Shown: positions 10,627 to 21,191 of the stretch, one piece after another
Layout of the letters: every line of letters starts with the position of its first letter
How positions within the stretch are numbered: the first letter of the stretch is position 1
Assembly (NCBI GenBank): GCA_963666205.1
Contig: OY762654.1
Span: 32,001-96,000 of the forward strand
Source: Synergistales bacterium
Lineage (GTDB): Bacteria; Synergistota; Synergistia; Synergistales; JAFGMB01
Direction of reading: 5' to 3'
Length of the DNA stretch: 64,000 nucleotides
Notes under the pieces: model-generated
Told to the model about the DNA's origin: nothing
Seen by the model: the letters and a program-made list of their open reading frames with translations, nothing else
Databases searched by the model: none
Made by a program: the position numbers and the translations under genes

Positions 10627-12312
10627 TTGCAGAAGAGAATATTCTCAAGCCCCTGGCTCTGGCTGCTCTTGCTGTTCCTGGTAGTATTTCTCCGCCTCCT
10701 GTTCGTTCATTGCTGGCCTGATCCAAGGATAAGCAGTCAGTCGATAAAACAGTATTGGGCTAATATCAGTATTAGTACAAGTAGGGGTATTATCCTTGAC
10801 TCCAAAGGAAATATATTGGCGCATTCAGTTCCTTCGTACAGCTTTTTCGTTGATCCCAAATTCTGGAATACTTCCAATTCGGGAAAGCTTGGCAACCTTG
10901 TCCCTGACAAGGTTATCAAAGACCTTTCCCGAAATCTCCCGGGCAGGTTTTACCCTGTTCTGAGAAAGGTTGGAATTGAAAGGGCTGACATGATAATGGA
11001 CCTTAACTTGCCAGGTCTATATTCCGTGAGTGAAAAACAAAGACTTTATCCGAACAAAACCCTCCTGGCGCACATCCTCGGGTTTTGTAATATTGATGAC
11101 CATGGCCAGTCTGGTCTTGAATTGCTATGGGATTCAGTTCTTTATTCCCCCCCAGAAACTAAAATTCTGGTCAAGGATCCTTCTGGCCAAAGAGTTAATT
11201 TAGCAGATATAGCAACTAACCAAAGGCAGGATCAAAATGCTGATGTAAATCTTACTGTTGATAGTACACTACAGTATATAATTGAGAATCGACTAGAAGA
11301 AGGTGCTCTCCTGAATGGAGCAAAATGGGCAGCAGCTATCTGCATGGATCCAGAAACAGGAGCAATTCTTTCAATGGCTAGCTGGCCTTTTTATGATCCT
11401 AACAAAAGAAGTACTTTTAATAGAGAAGACCATCTTTTGAACAATGCTATCGGACGAGTTTATGAACCGGGGTCTACCTTCAAACCGATAATTATGGGTT
11501 TATCTCTTGAAAAAAAACTGGTTAGCAGAAATGAGCATTTTATGTGTGCTCAGCGTATCAGGGTAGCAGATAAAGTAGTATCAGATCCTAAGGCTTACGG
11601 CAAATTAAGCCTGGATCAGCTTATAATTAAATCTTCCAATGTGGGAATGTCACAGATAGGGATAAGATTTAATCCTTTTGATACATATAATTCTTTGATA
11701 TCATGGGGTTTTGGCAATAAACCCGGGATAGAACTGCCTGGAGTCGAGAAAGGTCTATTACCCCCTCCAGATCAGTGGAGAGGTGTGGTCCCTGCTAACA
11801 TAGCCATAGGGCAGGGAATAGCAGTTACACCTTTACAATTAATAACGGCAATTTCAGCCATTGCAAATGGAGGACATCTACTGAAACCTTTCATCGTCAA
11901 CTCGGCCAGAGATTCTTCAGGGACTCTGGTTTATACGGGTTCGAGAAAGGAAGTCGCTACTGTACTATCTACAGATACTGCGAATTGGTTGAAATCTGTA
12001 TTAAGGGAAGTCGTGCTTAAGGGAACAGGAACACTTGTTAACACTGAACTAGTACCAATTGCTGGAAAGACTGGAACTGCTCAAGTGGCAAGGAGAGGAA
12101 TCTATGAAAAGGGTAAATGGGTTTCCTCTTTTGTTGGATTCTGGCCCTACGAGAATCCACAGTTTTCAATGCTTATAGTGATTGGTGAGCCTTCCAAGGG
12201 GAAATATTATGGCAGTACAGTTGCTGGTCCTGTTTTCCGGAATATTGTTGAGGATATGTACAGAATGGAAAAACACAGGCCTTATTCTGGAAAGGAAATA
12301 AAACAATGGTGA
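10627..12312 (+). CDS. ftsI: Class B penicillin-binding protein (FtsI family)
   Basis: N-terminal TM, RGIILD, YEPGSTFK (SxxK), KSSN (SxN), GKTGTAQ (KTG); no PASTA domains. Confidence 0.92.
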   Translation: MQKRIFSSPWLWLLLLFLVVFLRLLFVHCWPDPRISSQSIKQYWANISISTSRGIILDSKGNILAHSVPSYSFFVDPKFWNTSNSGKLGNLVPDKVIKDLSRNLPGRFYPVLRKVGIERADMIMDLNLPGLYSVSEKQRLYPNKTLLAHILGFCNIDDHGQSGLELLWDSVLYSPPETKILVKDPSGQRVNLADIATNQRQDQNADVNLTVDSTLQYIIENRLEEGALLNGAKWAAAICMDPETGAILSMASWPFYDPNKRSTFNREDHLLNNAIGRVYEPGSTFKPIIMGLSLEKKLVSRNEHFMCAQRIRVADKVVSDPKAYGKLSLDQLIIKSSNVGMSQIGIRFNPFDTYNSLISWGFGNKPGIELPGVEKGLLPPPDQWRGVVPANIAIGQGIAVTPLQLITAISAIANGGHLLKPFIVNSARDSSGTLVYTGSRKEVATVLSTDTANWLKSVLREVVLKGTGTLVNTELVPIAGKTGTAQVARRGIYEKGKWVSSFVGFWPYENPQFSMLIVIGEPSKGKYYGSTVAGPVFRNIVEDMYRMEKHRPYSGKEIKQW

Positions 12313-13826
12313 CCTTAAAAGAAATCTTATTATTTATGGATTCAAGAAATCTAAAATATATCGTTCATACTGAAACTAACCCAAAGTGTATTGATCAAGA
12401 TCTCAAAGATGTATTTTCTGATAGTAGGTTGGTGACCCCTGGTAGTATGTTCTGTTGTGTAAAGGGAAACCATGTGGATGGTCATGATTTTGTATCTGAT
12501 GCCTGTAAAAATGGATGTGTTGTCATTTTATGTGAAAAACAACTTAATGTAAATGTAACCCAGATCATTGTTCCATCTGTAAGGGAGACCATGGGTTTTG
12601 TTGCTTCCTTTATCTATGGGAATCCTTCATCACGGATGTTGATGGTTGCCGTAACTGGAACAAACGGAAAGAGCACCACAACATATATGATAAAAAGCAT
12701 TCTGGATGAATGTGGTATCAAGACGGGAATTCTGGGTACAATTCTTTACAATGACGGGCATAATGAAATTCTCTCAAGCAGGACAACTCCCGAGAGTTGT
12801 GATGTTCAAAGATATCTCCATAATATGGTCATAAATGGATGCAAAGCATGTGTAATGGAGGCATCTTCCCATGGACTGGTTCAGGGGAGACTTAATGGGT
12901 GTCTTTTCGATACTGGCGTATTTACTAATATAACCCCGGAGCATCTTGATTATCATAAGACCATTAAAAACTATTTCAATGCCAAGAGATCCCTTTTTAC
13001 CTCTTATATGAAGGATAACTGGAAGGGTTCCGTCAATTTAGATGATACCTTTGGCAGAATTCTTTTCAATGAGTTTCCTGAAAGGTTTATTCCATATGGC
13101 CTTTGCTGCGATACTAATGAAAAAACATTAACAGCCGAAACTCTGGATATGTCTATTGAGGGGCTCGAGTTCAACCTGAAGTTACCTTCCGGAGGGCATA
13201 TCAATAATATCAAAGTTCCATTAACCGGGAGATACAATATTTACAATGTCCTTGCCAGTATTGGTGCGGTTTTTCCAATGCATATAGCCGATGAATTAAT
13301 ACGGGGTGCTCTGAAAAATATGCCACAGGTTCCGGGAAGACTCGAAAAATTCCTTTTTCACAATGGGATCTGTTGTGTGATTGATTATGCCCACACTCCT
13401 GATGCCCTTCAGAATGTTCTCAAGGCATTGAGAGAAGTTGCATCGGGGCAATTAACAGTAGTGTTCGGTCTTGGAGGCAATCGATACAGAGAAAATCGAC
13501 CCATAATGGGTAAAACGGCAGCACGGTTTGCAGACAAGATCATCGTAACAATGGATAATCCAAGAGATGAGGATCCTGAACAAATAGCAGATCAGATTAT
13601 CGATGGAATAGTGTCCTCGGATGTTAAAGTGACACCTTATGAGGTTATAATTGATCGCAAAAAAGCTGTTCATTTTGCCTTGGATTCAGCCAGCAGTTCA
13701 GATGTTGTTCTTGTCGCGGGAAAGGGACCTGAGAGATTTATAATCTGGGGAAACGATAGGATTCCTTACAATGATACAGAGACCGTTAAGAACTGGGCTG
13801 ATTCCAGGTCTCTTGGTTGGAATTGA
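12306..13826 (+). CDS. murE: UDP-MurNAc-tripeptide synthetase (meso-DAP type)
   Basis: VTGTNGKST, TTPE, MEASSHG, EHLDYH, DYAHTPD; DNPR motif indicates meso-DAP specificity. Confidence 0.96.
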   Translation: MVTLKEILLFMDSRNLKYIVHTETNPKCIDQDLKDVFSDSRLVTPGSMFCCVKGNHVDGHDFVSDACKNGCVVILCEKQLNVNVTQIIVPSVRETMGFVASFIYGNPSSRMLMVAVTGTNGKSTTTYMIKSILDECGIKTGILGTILYNDGHNEILSSRTTPESCDVQRYLHNMVINGCKACVMEASSHGLVQGRLNGCLFDTGVFTNITPEHLDYHKTIKNYFNAKRSLFTSYMKDNWKGSVNLDDTFGRILFNEFPERFIPYGLCCDTNEKTLTAETLDMSIEGLEFNLKLPSGGHINNIKVPLTGRYNIYNVLASIGAVFPMHIADELIRGALKNMPQVPGRLEKFLFHNGICCVIDYAHTPDALQNVLKALREVASGQLTVVFGLGGNRYRENRPIMGKTAARFADKIIVTMDNPRDEDPEQIADQIIDGIVSSDVKVTPYEVIIDRKKAVHFALDSASSSDVVLVAGKGPERFIIWGNDRIPYNDTETVKNWADSRSLGWN

Positions 13827-15211
13827 CCATGTACTTATCAGAGTTCACAACGTCCACTAATATAGAATATCGAGGACCGAATATTAAACTTCCTCTTGAA
13901 ATATCCATTGATAGCAGGACATTGAATGAAGGACAGATCTTTCTGGCTTTAAAAGGTGAAAATACTGATGGCCATCTATATATCAAGGAGGCAGTAGATA
14001 ATGGTGCCATTGGAATTATTGCTCAGGCAGGTTGTTTTGATCTATCCCTGATACCTTCTTTTCTCTCTTGTATTATTGTAGATGATACCTCTACTTTTAT
14101 TACTGAATTGGCGTTACAATATCTTGAATATGCAGCACCAGAAGAAGTAATTGCAATAACTGGAAGTGTAGGAAAGACAACAACAAGAGATCTAATACGG
14201 GAACTGTTGAAACTGAAGTACAGAGTACATGGTCCAATATCCAGTTTCAACACCAGACTTGGATGCTCTCTCACAGTGCTGTCGATGCCTTGTGATTCCC
14301 AGGTGTTAATTCTGGAAATGGGAACAAATTCTCCTGGAGAGATAGAAGAAATGACATCACTCTTCAGGCCTACCGTATCTGTAATTACTGAAGTAACGGA
14401 AGCTCATCTGTCCGGACTTATCAACCTGGAAGGAGTTCTGAAAGCCAAACTGGAGATAACTTCCTCCCCCAGACTTACCCATTTGTTTTACAATTCCGAT
14501 AATAAAAAACTCATGAAAGGGGTACAGAATCTTTCCCTTTCATGTAAGACTACTTCTATAGGTTTCCGGACTGGCGATATCCGCATAGAGCAGCCTAAGT
14601 TCTCTTTACATGAAGGGAAACCAAGGCTTTCTTTTTTCCTGGAGGGAGATAATTTATCTCTGGAGATTGTTTCTGGATTATTTGGGACACATCAGGCCAG
14701 ATGTTTAGCCGTTGCTTCAGCAGTTGCAATTGAAATGGGAGTATCGACACAGATGATTGCTTCAAAATCATCTTCTTTCGTTTCGCCGAAAGGACGAGGA
14801 GAAATAGTCTTATTGTCTGGAAATATCGTAATAATTGATGATTCATATAATGCTAATCCTGCTTCGATGTCAGCTGCTATTTCTACTGTATCTGAACTTA
14901 CCTGGGATGGTAGAAAAATTGCTGTATTGGGAAGTATGAAGGAGCTTGGAGATGTTGTCTTAAAGCAGCATAAGAAGATTGCCGCTAACCTGGATTTTTT
15001 CGAAGAGGTTATCCTCGTTGGATCTGAATGGGAATCTCTTTCAGAAAAAGAAGACAACGGCAATACAAAATCCTTCCTGTTAATGAAAGATTCGAAAGAA
15101 GCATTATCTTACCTCTCCAATAATCTTGAAGACGGAGACATGATTCTGGTCAAAGGATCTCACAGTAATAACCTTGATCTTGTCGTCAAAGGACTGGTGA
15201 AGACAAGATGA
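13817..15211 (+). CDS. murF: UDP-MurNAc-pentapeptide synthetase
   Basis: IDSR, ITGSVGKTTT, LEMG, DDSYNANPASM, LGSMKELG, LVKGS. Start may be ATG 13829. Confidence 0.94.
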   Translation: MELTMYLSEFTTSTNIEYRGPNIKLPLEISIDSRTLNEGQIFLALKGENTDGHLYIKEAVDNGAIGIIAQAGCFDLSLIPSFLSCIIVDDTSTFITELALQYLEYAAPEEVIAITGSVGKTTTRDLIRELLKLKYRVHGPISSFNTRLGCSLTVLSMPCDSQVLILEMGTNSPGEIEEMTSLFRPTVSVITEVTEAHLSGLINLEGVLKAKLEITSSPRLTHLFYNSDNKKLMKGVQNLSLSCKTTSIGFRTGDIRIEQPKFSLHEGKPRLSFFLEGDNLSLEIVSGLFGTHQARCLAVASAVAIEMGVSTQMIASKSSSFVSPKGRGEIVLLSGNIVIIDDSYNANPASMSAAISTVSELTWDGRKIAVLGSMKELGDVVLKQHKKIAANLDFFEEVILVGSEWESLSEKEDNGNTKSFLLMKDSKEALSYLSNNLEDGDMILVKGSHSNNLDLVVKGLVKTR

Positions 15212-16182
15212 ATTTTAATCTATGTCTATTCACAATTCTTGTGTTTCTTTTTTCGATCATCTGTCAATCCTTGTGGATAAAAAGACTAAAAAAGATGGAG
15301 ATCCATCTAGTCCAGAAGGAATACGGTCCCCGGACCCACCTTGAAAGGAAAAGCAAAACTCCAGTTATGGGCGGTATTGTCTTTCTTCTTGTAGTGATGG
15401 TCAGTATTGCTCTTATGACAATGCTTAAGCTGGGATCCCTTTCAGATGTATTATGGATCTGGATCCTCCCCGGAGTATCATCACTAATAGGTCTTTATGA
15501 TGACTGGATGAAGTTTTCTTCAAAGTCCAGTGAAGGTATTAGTAGTCGGAAAAAGCTCTATTTGCAGATTATTGTTTCCCTCATATGGTCAACCTTTTTC
15601 ACTTATACACATGGAGTACAGATTTGGCCAGGTTTTGAAATGCCTTCAAGACTAATGTCAGTAACTCTATTGACCTTTCTGACAGTAGGTATGTTGAATT
15701 CAATGAATGTAACTGATGGACTTGATGGACTTGCATCTGGTTCAACCGTAATCTCCCTTTTCGCCATTTTCATAGCAGGTGACATGGATCCTGTTATAAC
15801 AGTCCCCTGCCTGACTGGTCTTGCTATTACAACTTCTTTCTTATGGCATAATGCTCATCCTGCAAAGGTCTTTATGGGTGATGTGGGATCACATTTTCTG
15901 GGAGCCATTCTTGTGGTCTTATGTTCCTATGGTAACTTTGTCCTTTTTCTTGTCCCTGTAGCTTTCATTTTTGGATTTGAAATGCTTTCAGTATGTATTC
16001 AGCTTATAGCCATCTACTTTTTTAGAAGTAAGGTCTTTCTTATGAGTCCGATACATCACCATTTTGAATTATCGGGATGGAGTGAAAACCAGATTGTAAT
16101 GCGTTTCTGGCTTATCCATGGTATAGGAATTTTATTTTCGTCATTAATCCTTTTCAAGATAGTTTCTTCATTGACAGTTTGA
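15208..16182 (+). CDS. mraY: Phospho-MurNAc-pentapeptide transferase
   Basis: TPVMGG, DD, NVTDGLDGL, FMGDVGS, PIHHHFE; multi-TM. Confidence 0.96.
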   Translation: MNFNLCLFTILVFLFSIICQSLWIKRLKKMEIHLVQKEYGPRTHLERKSKTPVMGGIVFLLVVMVSIALMTMLKLGSLSDVLWIWILPGVSSLIGLYDDWMKFSSKSSEGISSRKKLYLQIIVSLIWSTFFTYTHGVQIWPGFEMPSRLMSVTLLTFLTVGMLNSMNVTDGLDGLASGSTVISLFAIFIAGDMDPVITVPCLTGLAITTSFLWHNAHPAKVFMGDVGSHFLGAILVVLCSYGNFVLFLVPVAFIFGFEMLSVCIQLIAIYFFRSKVFLMSPIHHHFELSGWSENQIVMRFWLIHGIGILFSSLILFKIVSSLTV

Positions 16183-16197
16183 AGGAAGGTTACTGGA

Positions 16198-17580
16198 ATG
16201 TCATTTAAATCCGAAATATCAGAAAAAAGAATATCAATTATTGGAGCAGGTGTTAGCGGGAGGGCATTGGCAGTTCTGGCCTCTTCCCTTGGTGCTGAAG
16301 TTTTTGTATCTGATACCAAAAGCATCCTTCCAGAAGACACTATAGATATCTTTCATAAAAATGGCGTTTCGTTTGAAACAGGAGGACATTCAGAAAGATC
16401 CTGGGACACAGATCTGCTGGTTTTAAGTTCAGGTATTTCCCCAGATTCAGAGGCAGTTAGAGAGGGAATGAAAAGGAATATTCCAATAATAGGAGAAATA
16501 GATTTTGTTTATCCTTTTCTTAATGGCCGAATCATTGGAGTAACAGGTAGTAATGGCAAAACGACGACTACCTCTTTAATAGGGCACTTTTTTGAAGTTT
16601 GTGGCTATAAAACTGCGGTCGCAGGGAATATCGGTAATCCTGCAGCCCTCTATGCTAACACGAATAATGACTTTATTGTTCTTGAACTAAGTAGTTTCCA
16701 GCTCTACTGGTCAAAGTGCCTTCAGGTTGATCTTGCTGTAATAACCAACCTTGCTCCAGATCACATTGACTGGCATGGATCATATGCGAATTATGTTAAC
16801 TCAAAAGCTAACCTGCTATTACTCAGAAAACCGGAAGCTCAAGCTATAATTCAGAAAAGAGATATGAAGGCACTCAATATTGAGAAAGATAAGAACTCGG
16901 TACCACTCACCTGGGGTGAACCCTGTTTATCCGGTACCTCAATTGTAATAAAAGATCAGAAAATCTTATTAAACACGCCCAATGGCATAATTCCGCTGGC
17001 TCATTGTCAGGATATTCCTCTTGTAGGAACACATAATGTTGAAAACGTAGCCATGGCTCTTTCTGCTCTTAGTCTTATGGGAGTTGTTCATCCAGTACCT
17101 AAAGAACTCTTCAAAGGGTTTAATCCGCCACCGCATAGATGTCAGTTTGTGGCTGAAATCAATGGTGTCAGATACATTGATGATTCGAAAGGAACGAACG
17201 TCGCTGCCAGTGTAACAGCTATAAATTCTATAGAAGGAAATAAAATTGTCATACTGGGAGGTCAGGGTAAAGGAGAAAATTACCATCCCCTTGCAGAGAG
17301 TCTTAAGAAAAGTGTTATCGCTGCCATAGTACTTGGTGATGAGAAACCTCGAATAATAGCCGAACTTCAAAAAGTGGGTTATGAGAATATTTATGATGTC
17401 CAAAACATGGAAGAAGCTGTTTCCCTTGCATACAGAATTGCCGTTCCAGGTATTACTGTCCTTCTTTCTCCTGCCTGTACCAGTTGGGATATGTATGCAA
17501 GTTACAAAAAAAGAGGGGAACATTTTCATTCTCTGGTTAATACAATTCTGAAAGGCAAAAGCGATGGTAGAAACCTGTAA
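16198..17580 (+). CDS. murD: UDP-MurNAc-L-Ala--D-Glu ligase
   Basis: VTGSNGKTTTT, GNIG, LELSSFQL, DHIDWH, DDSKGTN, LLSPAC. Confidence 0.96.
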   Translation: MSFKSEISEKRISIIGAGVSGRALAVLASSLGAEVFVSDTKSILPEDTIDIFHKNGVSFETGGHSERSWDTDLLVLSSGISPDSEAVREGMKRNIPIIGEIDFVYPFLNGRIIGVTGSNGKTTTTSLIGHFFEVCGYKTAVAGNIGNPAALYANTNNDFIVLELSSFQLYWSKCLQVDLAVITNLAPDHIDWHGSYANYVNSKANLLLLRKPEAQAIIQKRDMKALNIEKDKNSVPLTWGEPCLSGTSIVIKDQKILLNTPNGIIPLAHCQDIPLVGTHNVENVAMALSALSLMGVVHPVPKELFKGFNPPPHRCQFVAEINGVRYIDDSKGTNVAASVTAINSIEGNKIVILGGQGKGENYHPLAESLKKSVIAAIVLGDEKPRIIAELQKVGYENIYDVQNMEEAVSLAYRIAVPGITVLLSPACTSWDMYASYKKRGEHFHSLVNTILKGKSDGRNL

Positions 17581-18691
17581 TGCTCCGGTGATTGAAGAAA
17601 GACAGTACAGTGTAGATCCATTTCTGTGGCTTATTCCGCTAATTCTGAGCCTGATAGGAGTTGTTATGATCTTCTCCTTAACATCGCCAGAGTCCATATC
17701 AAATGGAGGTCTGCATTCTTCTTTAGGTATAAAACAGTTACAATGGCTTGTTATTGGTCTTGCTGCAATGCTTGTAATGTATCTTATTCCTTTTATATTA
17801 TGGCAAAGGATCAGCGGTTTTCTATGGGTTATTGCAGTTGGGATCACCGCTATCACCCTTTTGCATGGGATCGGGCTTGAAGCTGGCGGTGCAAAACGAT
17901 GGATAAATATTGGTGGCGTCAGACTTCAACCATTGGAGTTCTTATCTCTTGTATATGTTCTTCATCTCTCAAAGATCCTTTCTGTAACTGATAATAAGAG
18001 GATAAAAGTCTTTTTAAAACTATCAGTTATTGGGACCATAAGCATAGTTCCTGTGATCCTTCAACCTGACCTTGGTGGAACAATTCTGCTCTTTTTATTG
18101 GGTATGGCAATGTTTGTGGAAGCCTATGGATGGTTAATTCCACTATTAACCGGATTCATTATGCTTCCTGGACTGTTCATTCTGATTTTTAAGGAAAGCT
18201 ATCGAGTCAGAAGATATCTTGCTTTTATAGATCCATGGAAAGATCCCCTTGATAAAGGTTTTCAGATCATTCAGGGCCTGATTGCTTTTGCTAATGGCGG
18301 AATACTTGGTGTTGGTATCGGGAAAGGTCTTCAAAAACTGAATTACCTTCCTGCTGCTCACACTGATTTTATTTTTGCTGCATTGGGAGAAGAATTTGGG
18401 CTAGCAGGAACGGGATTCATAGTGATGTTATTTGCCACCTGGTCTTATCGAATATTTCGTGTTTACCGTAAATCGGATTCCTCCTATATAAAGATATTGT
18501 TATGGGGACTATGTGTTTCAATACTTCTTCCTTTTTTTATTAATGTTGCTGGAGTTACCAAGTTATTGCCTTTGACTGGTATGCCTCTTCCTTTTGTAAG
18601 CTATGGAGGAAGTTCTCTAGTATCATCCTGGATGACCATAGGACTAATACTTCGTTGTTCCAAGGATGTTGCTGCCGGAGATGATATGTAA
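17564..18691 (+). CDS. ftsW: SEDS peptidoglycan glycosyltransferase FtsW
   Basis: GAKRWI, QPLE, QPDLG, LPAAHTDFIF, GMPLPFVSYGGSS; dcw position. Confidence 0.93.
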   Translation: MVETCNAPVIEERQYSVDPFLWLIPLILSLIGVVMIFSLTSPESISNGGLHSSLGIKQLQWLVIGLAAMLVMYLIPFILWQRISGFLWVIAVGITAITLLHGIGLEAGGAKRWINIGGVRLQPLEFLSLVYVLHLSKILSVTDNKRIKVFLKLSVIGTISIVPVILQPDLGGTILLFLLGMAMFVEAYGWLIPLLTGFIMLPGLFILIFKESYRVRRYLAFIDPWKDPLDKGFQIIQGLIAFANGGILGVGIGKGLQKLNYLPAAHTDFIFAALGEEFGLAGTGFIVMLFATWSYRIFRVYRKSDSSYIKILLWGLCVSILLPFFINVAGVTKLLPLTGMPLPFVSYGGSSLVSSWMTIGLILRCSKDVAAGDDM

Positions 18692-19773
18692 TGAAGAATA
18701 AAATTCTTATTGTTGCCGGAGGAACAGGAGGGCATATTATTCCAGCGATTTCAATTGGAAAGTGGATCAATGACAATCATCCGGAATGTTCTCTCATTTA
18801 TGTATGTGGAGAGAGACCAATTGAGGATGAAATATACAGTAGATACGGTATAGATCCAGTTGTTCTTCCAATTGAAGGATCACCTATGGGAACATGTAAT
18901 CCCCTGACTTCTTATCAAAGATCAATTAGTATTTTCAGGAGTTTTTTCAAAACATGGCGAGTCCTGAGAAAAGAAAAGCCTTCCGTATGTATTCTATTTG
19001 GTGGATATATATCTTTTCCAGTACTTATAATATCAACCCTGATGGGAATCTCTTCGGTTATCCATGAACAGAATGCCAGAGCTGGAAAAATAACCAGAAT
19101 AGCCAGCAGATTGAGAAAGAAAGTCTTGTCTGGTTGGGATGTATGTGAACCTTTACCTTTCAATAGATTTAAAACTGTGGGAATTCCCGTAAGAAAATTT
19201 AATAGATTGCAAGACTTGGAAGCTTGGAATATACTACATGTAGGGTCTAAACTTCCAGAGGGTCCTATTATTGTGGTTATGGGAGGGTCTTTAGGTAGTA
19301 AAAGTGTTTTTGATCATATATGTACTATAGCATCCAGGGATGAGATGAATATGATCACTTTTCTTTTATTGGGAGGAACGGGAGTCTGTTCTGGTGATAT
19401 TCCAGGAAATGTAGTTCTCGTTCCCAGAACTTGGGATTTAACTGCTCCTTTTTCTCTTGCCGATGCAGCAGTAGTAAGAGCGGGAGCTTCAACTTTATAT
19501 GAAATGGCTCTTTATGGTATTCCTTGTGTTGTTATACCATGGGAGTCTGCTTCTGAAGATCATCAGGCCATGAATGCAGAGATTTTTGTTAAACAATATG
19601 GAGGTTTAATCTGGGATGAGAATGACTCCATATTATCGTTGATAACAAAGATAAGAGATGTCATTGACATAAAAAAACCTTTCTCTGATGCTCAGATAGA
19701 GGCGGGAAGAGTAAGGGTAACTGAGAAGATCTGGGAAGAAACGTTTCTAACGACTGGAAGGGAGATTCTATAA
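18691..19773 (+). CDS. murG: Lipid II GlcNAc transferase
   Basis: GGTGGH, FGGY, HEQN, GGSLG, RAGAST, HQAMNA. Confidence 0.94.
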   Translation: MKNKILIVAGGTGGHIIPAISIGKWINDNHPECSLIYVCGERPIEDEIYSRYGIDPVVLPIEGSPMGTCNPLTSYQRSISIFRSFFKTWRVLRKEKPSVCILFGGYISFPVLIISTLMGISSVIHEQNARAGKITRIASRLRKKVLSGWDVCEPLPFNRFKTVGIPVRKFNRLQDLEAWNILHVGSKLPEGPIIVVMGGSLGSKSVFDHICTIASRDEMNMITFLLLGGTGVCSGDIPGNVVLVPRTWDLTAPFSLADAAVVRAGASTLYEMALYGIPCVVIPWESASEDHQAMNAEIFVKQYGGLIWDENDSILSLITKIRDVIDIKKPFSDAQIEAGRVRVTEKIWEETFLTTGREIL

Positions 19774-21186
19774 TTGGTTTTGTCAGATAGAATGCTTAGT
19801 GACGTGAATCGAATACATCTTATGGGAATCGGCGGAGCCGGTATGAGTGGTCTTGCCCTTTTACTCAAGGAACTGGGATATGACGTCAGCGGTTGCGATG
19901 TCAACGAAACCTCATATGTCGAAAAGGTTTTAGAGAAAGGAATAAAGTTTACCTTGGGACATCAAAAAGAACATATCGAGAAATACCAACCGGACTTGAT
20001 TGTGTATAGTAGTGCGATTCCTTCTGAAAATGAAGAAATTAAAGGGGCTATTGCAAATGGGATCTCCGTGGCTAAACGTGCAGAGGTTCTTAGTTGGTTG
20101 TTCAATTCCCGTTTTGGAATAGGAGTTGCTGGTACCCATGGTAAAACGACAACATCTTCAATGATAGCGATGGTACTCGAACAGGCAGGTCTTAGACCCT
20201 CTGTCGCTATTGGTGGTGAACTCTGTGATATAGGTGTGAATGCTAAACTTGGTGATGGACCCTACATGGTAGCTGAACTTGATGAAAGTGATGGTTCTTT
20301 TGAAGAATTCAAACCAAATATATCTGTAGTTACTAATGCAGATTGGGATCATGTCGATCATTATCCGGATCTGGAAAGTGTGATTACGGCGTTCAGATCA
20401 TTTATTCATAATACTAAAGCGGACGGAAAAGTAATACTATGTGGAGAAGATACGGGATTATCCAGGATTATAGCGAGCAACTCTCTTGACCGGGCTATAA
20501 TTACCTACGGTTTTGGCAAGACATGGGATTGGGGAGCCTTTGATGTAAAACATAATCAGGGTGGAGGCGTTACTTTCGCTGTTTGTAAAGGTGGAGAATT
20601 TGTTTCTCAATTTGATCTAAGCGTATCAGGTGATCACAATATTCTTAATGCACTTGCGGCAACTGTTGTTGCCGCAGAGTTGTCTATTCCAATAAGCTCC
20701 ACTAAGGAAACACTTAAGGATTTCAGAGGAGCAAAAAGGCGTCTTCAATATATGGGACATGTTATGGATGCTGATATCTATGATGATTACGGTCATCATC
20801 CCCGTGAAGTAGCTGCTACTCTAAACACCCTTGATCAGATGTTCCCGGACAGGAGACATGTAGTCGTCTTTCAGCCTCATAGATATACTCGAACCATGGC
20901 TATGTACAAGGAGTTCTCTGATGTCCTGAGTATGGCTGACAGATTGCTTCTGACACCTATTTATCCCGCAGACGAAGATCCTATTGATGGAGTTTCTTCT
21001 TGCATGATATCAAACCATCTTCTAGAAAATGGATACAATAAATGCAAGCTATGTTCTGACCTTCGAGAGGCTGTAGACCTTGTAGGAAAGGAACTCCGAG
21101 AAAATGATATTCTTCTTACGATTGGAGCCGGTAATGTTAGCGAGGTTGGTATACAGCTTCTTGACAGGCTTGGTGAAAGGGATTAG
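19774..21186 (+). CDS. murC: UDP-MurNAc--L-alanine ligase
   Basis: GIGGAGMSGLA, AGTHGKTTT, ELDESD, DDYGHHP, FQPHRYTRT. Confidence 0.97.
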   Translation: MVLSDRMLSDVNRIHLMGIGGAGMSGLALLLKELGYDVSGCDVNETSYVEKVLEKGIKFTLGHQKEHIEKYQPDLIVYSSAIPSENEEIKGAIANGISVAKRAEVLSWLFNSRFGIGVAGTHGKTTTSSMIAMVLEQAGLRPSVAIGGELCDIGVNAKLGDGPYMVAELDESDGSFEEFKPNISVVTNADWDHVDHYPDLESVITAFRSFIHNTKADGKVILCGEDTGLSRIIASNSLDRAIITYGFGKTWDWGAFDVKHNQGGGVTFAVCKGGEFVSQFDLSVSGDHNILNALAATVVAAELSIPISSTKETLKDFRGAKRRLQYMGHVMDADIYDDYGHHPREVAATLNTLDQMFPDRRHVVVFQPHRYTRTMAMYKEFSDVLSMADRLLLTPIYPADEDPIDGVSSCMISNHLLENGYNKCKLCSDLREAVDLVGKELRENDILLTIGAGNVSEVGIQLLDRLGERD

Positions 21187-21191
21187 TCGGA

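Noticed and set aside
16969-17856. 295-aa minus-strand ORF
   Set aside because: Fully antisense to murD/ftsW with no recognisable motif; shadow ORF.
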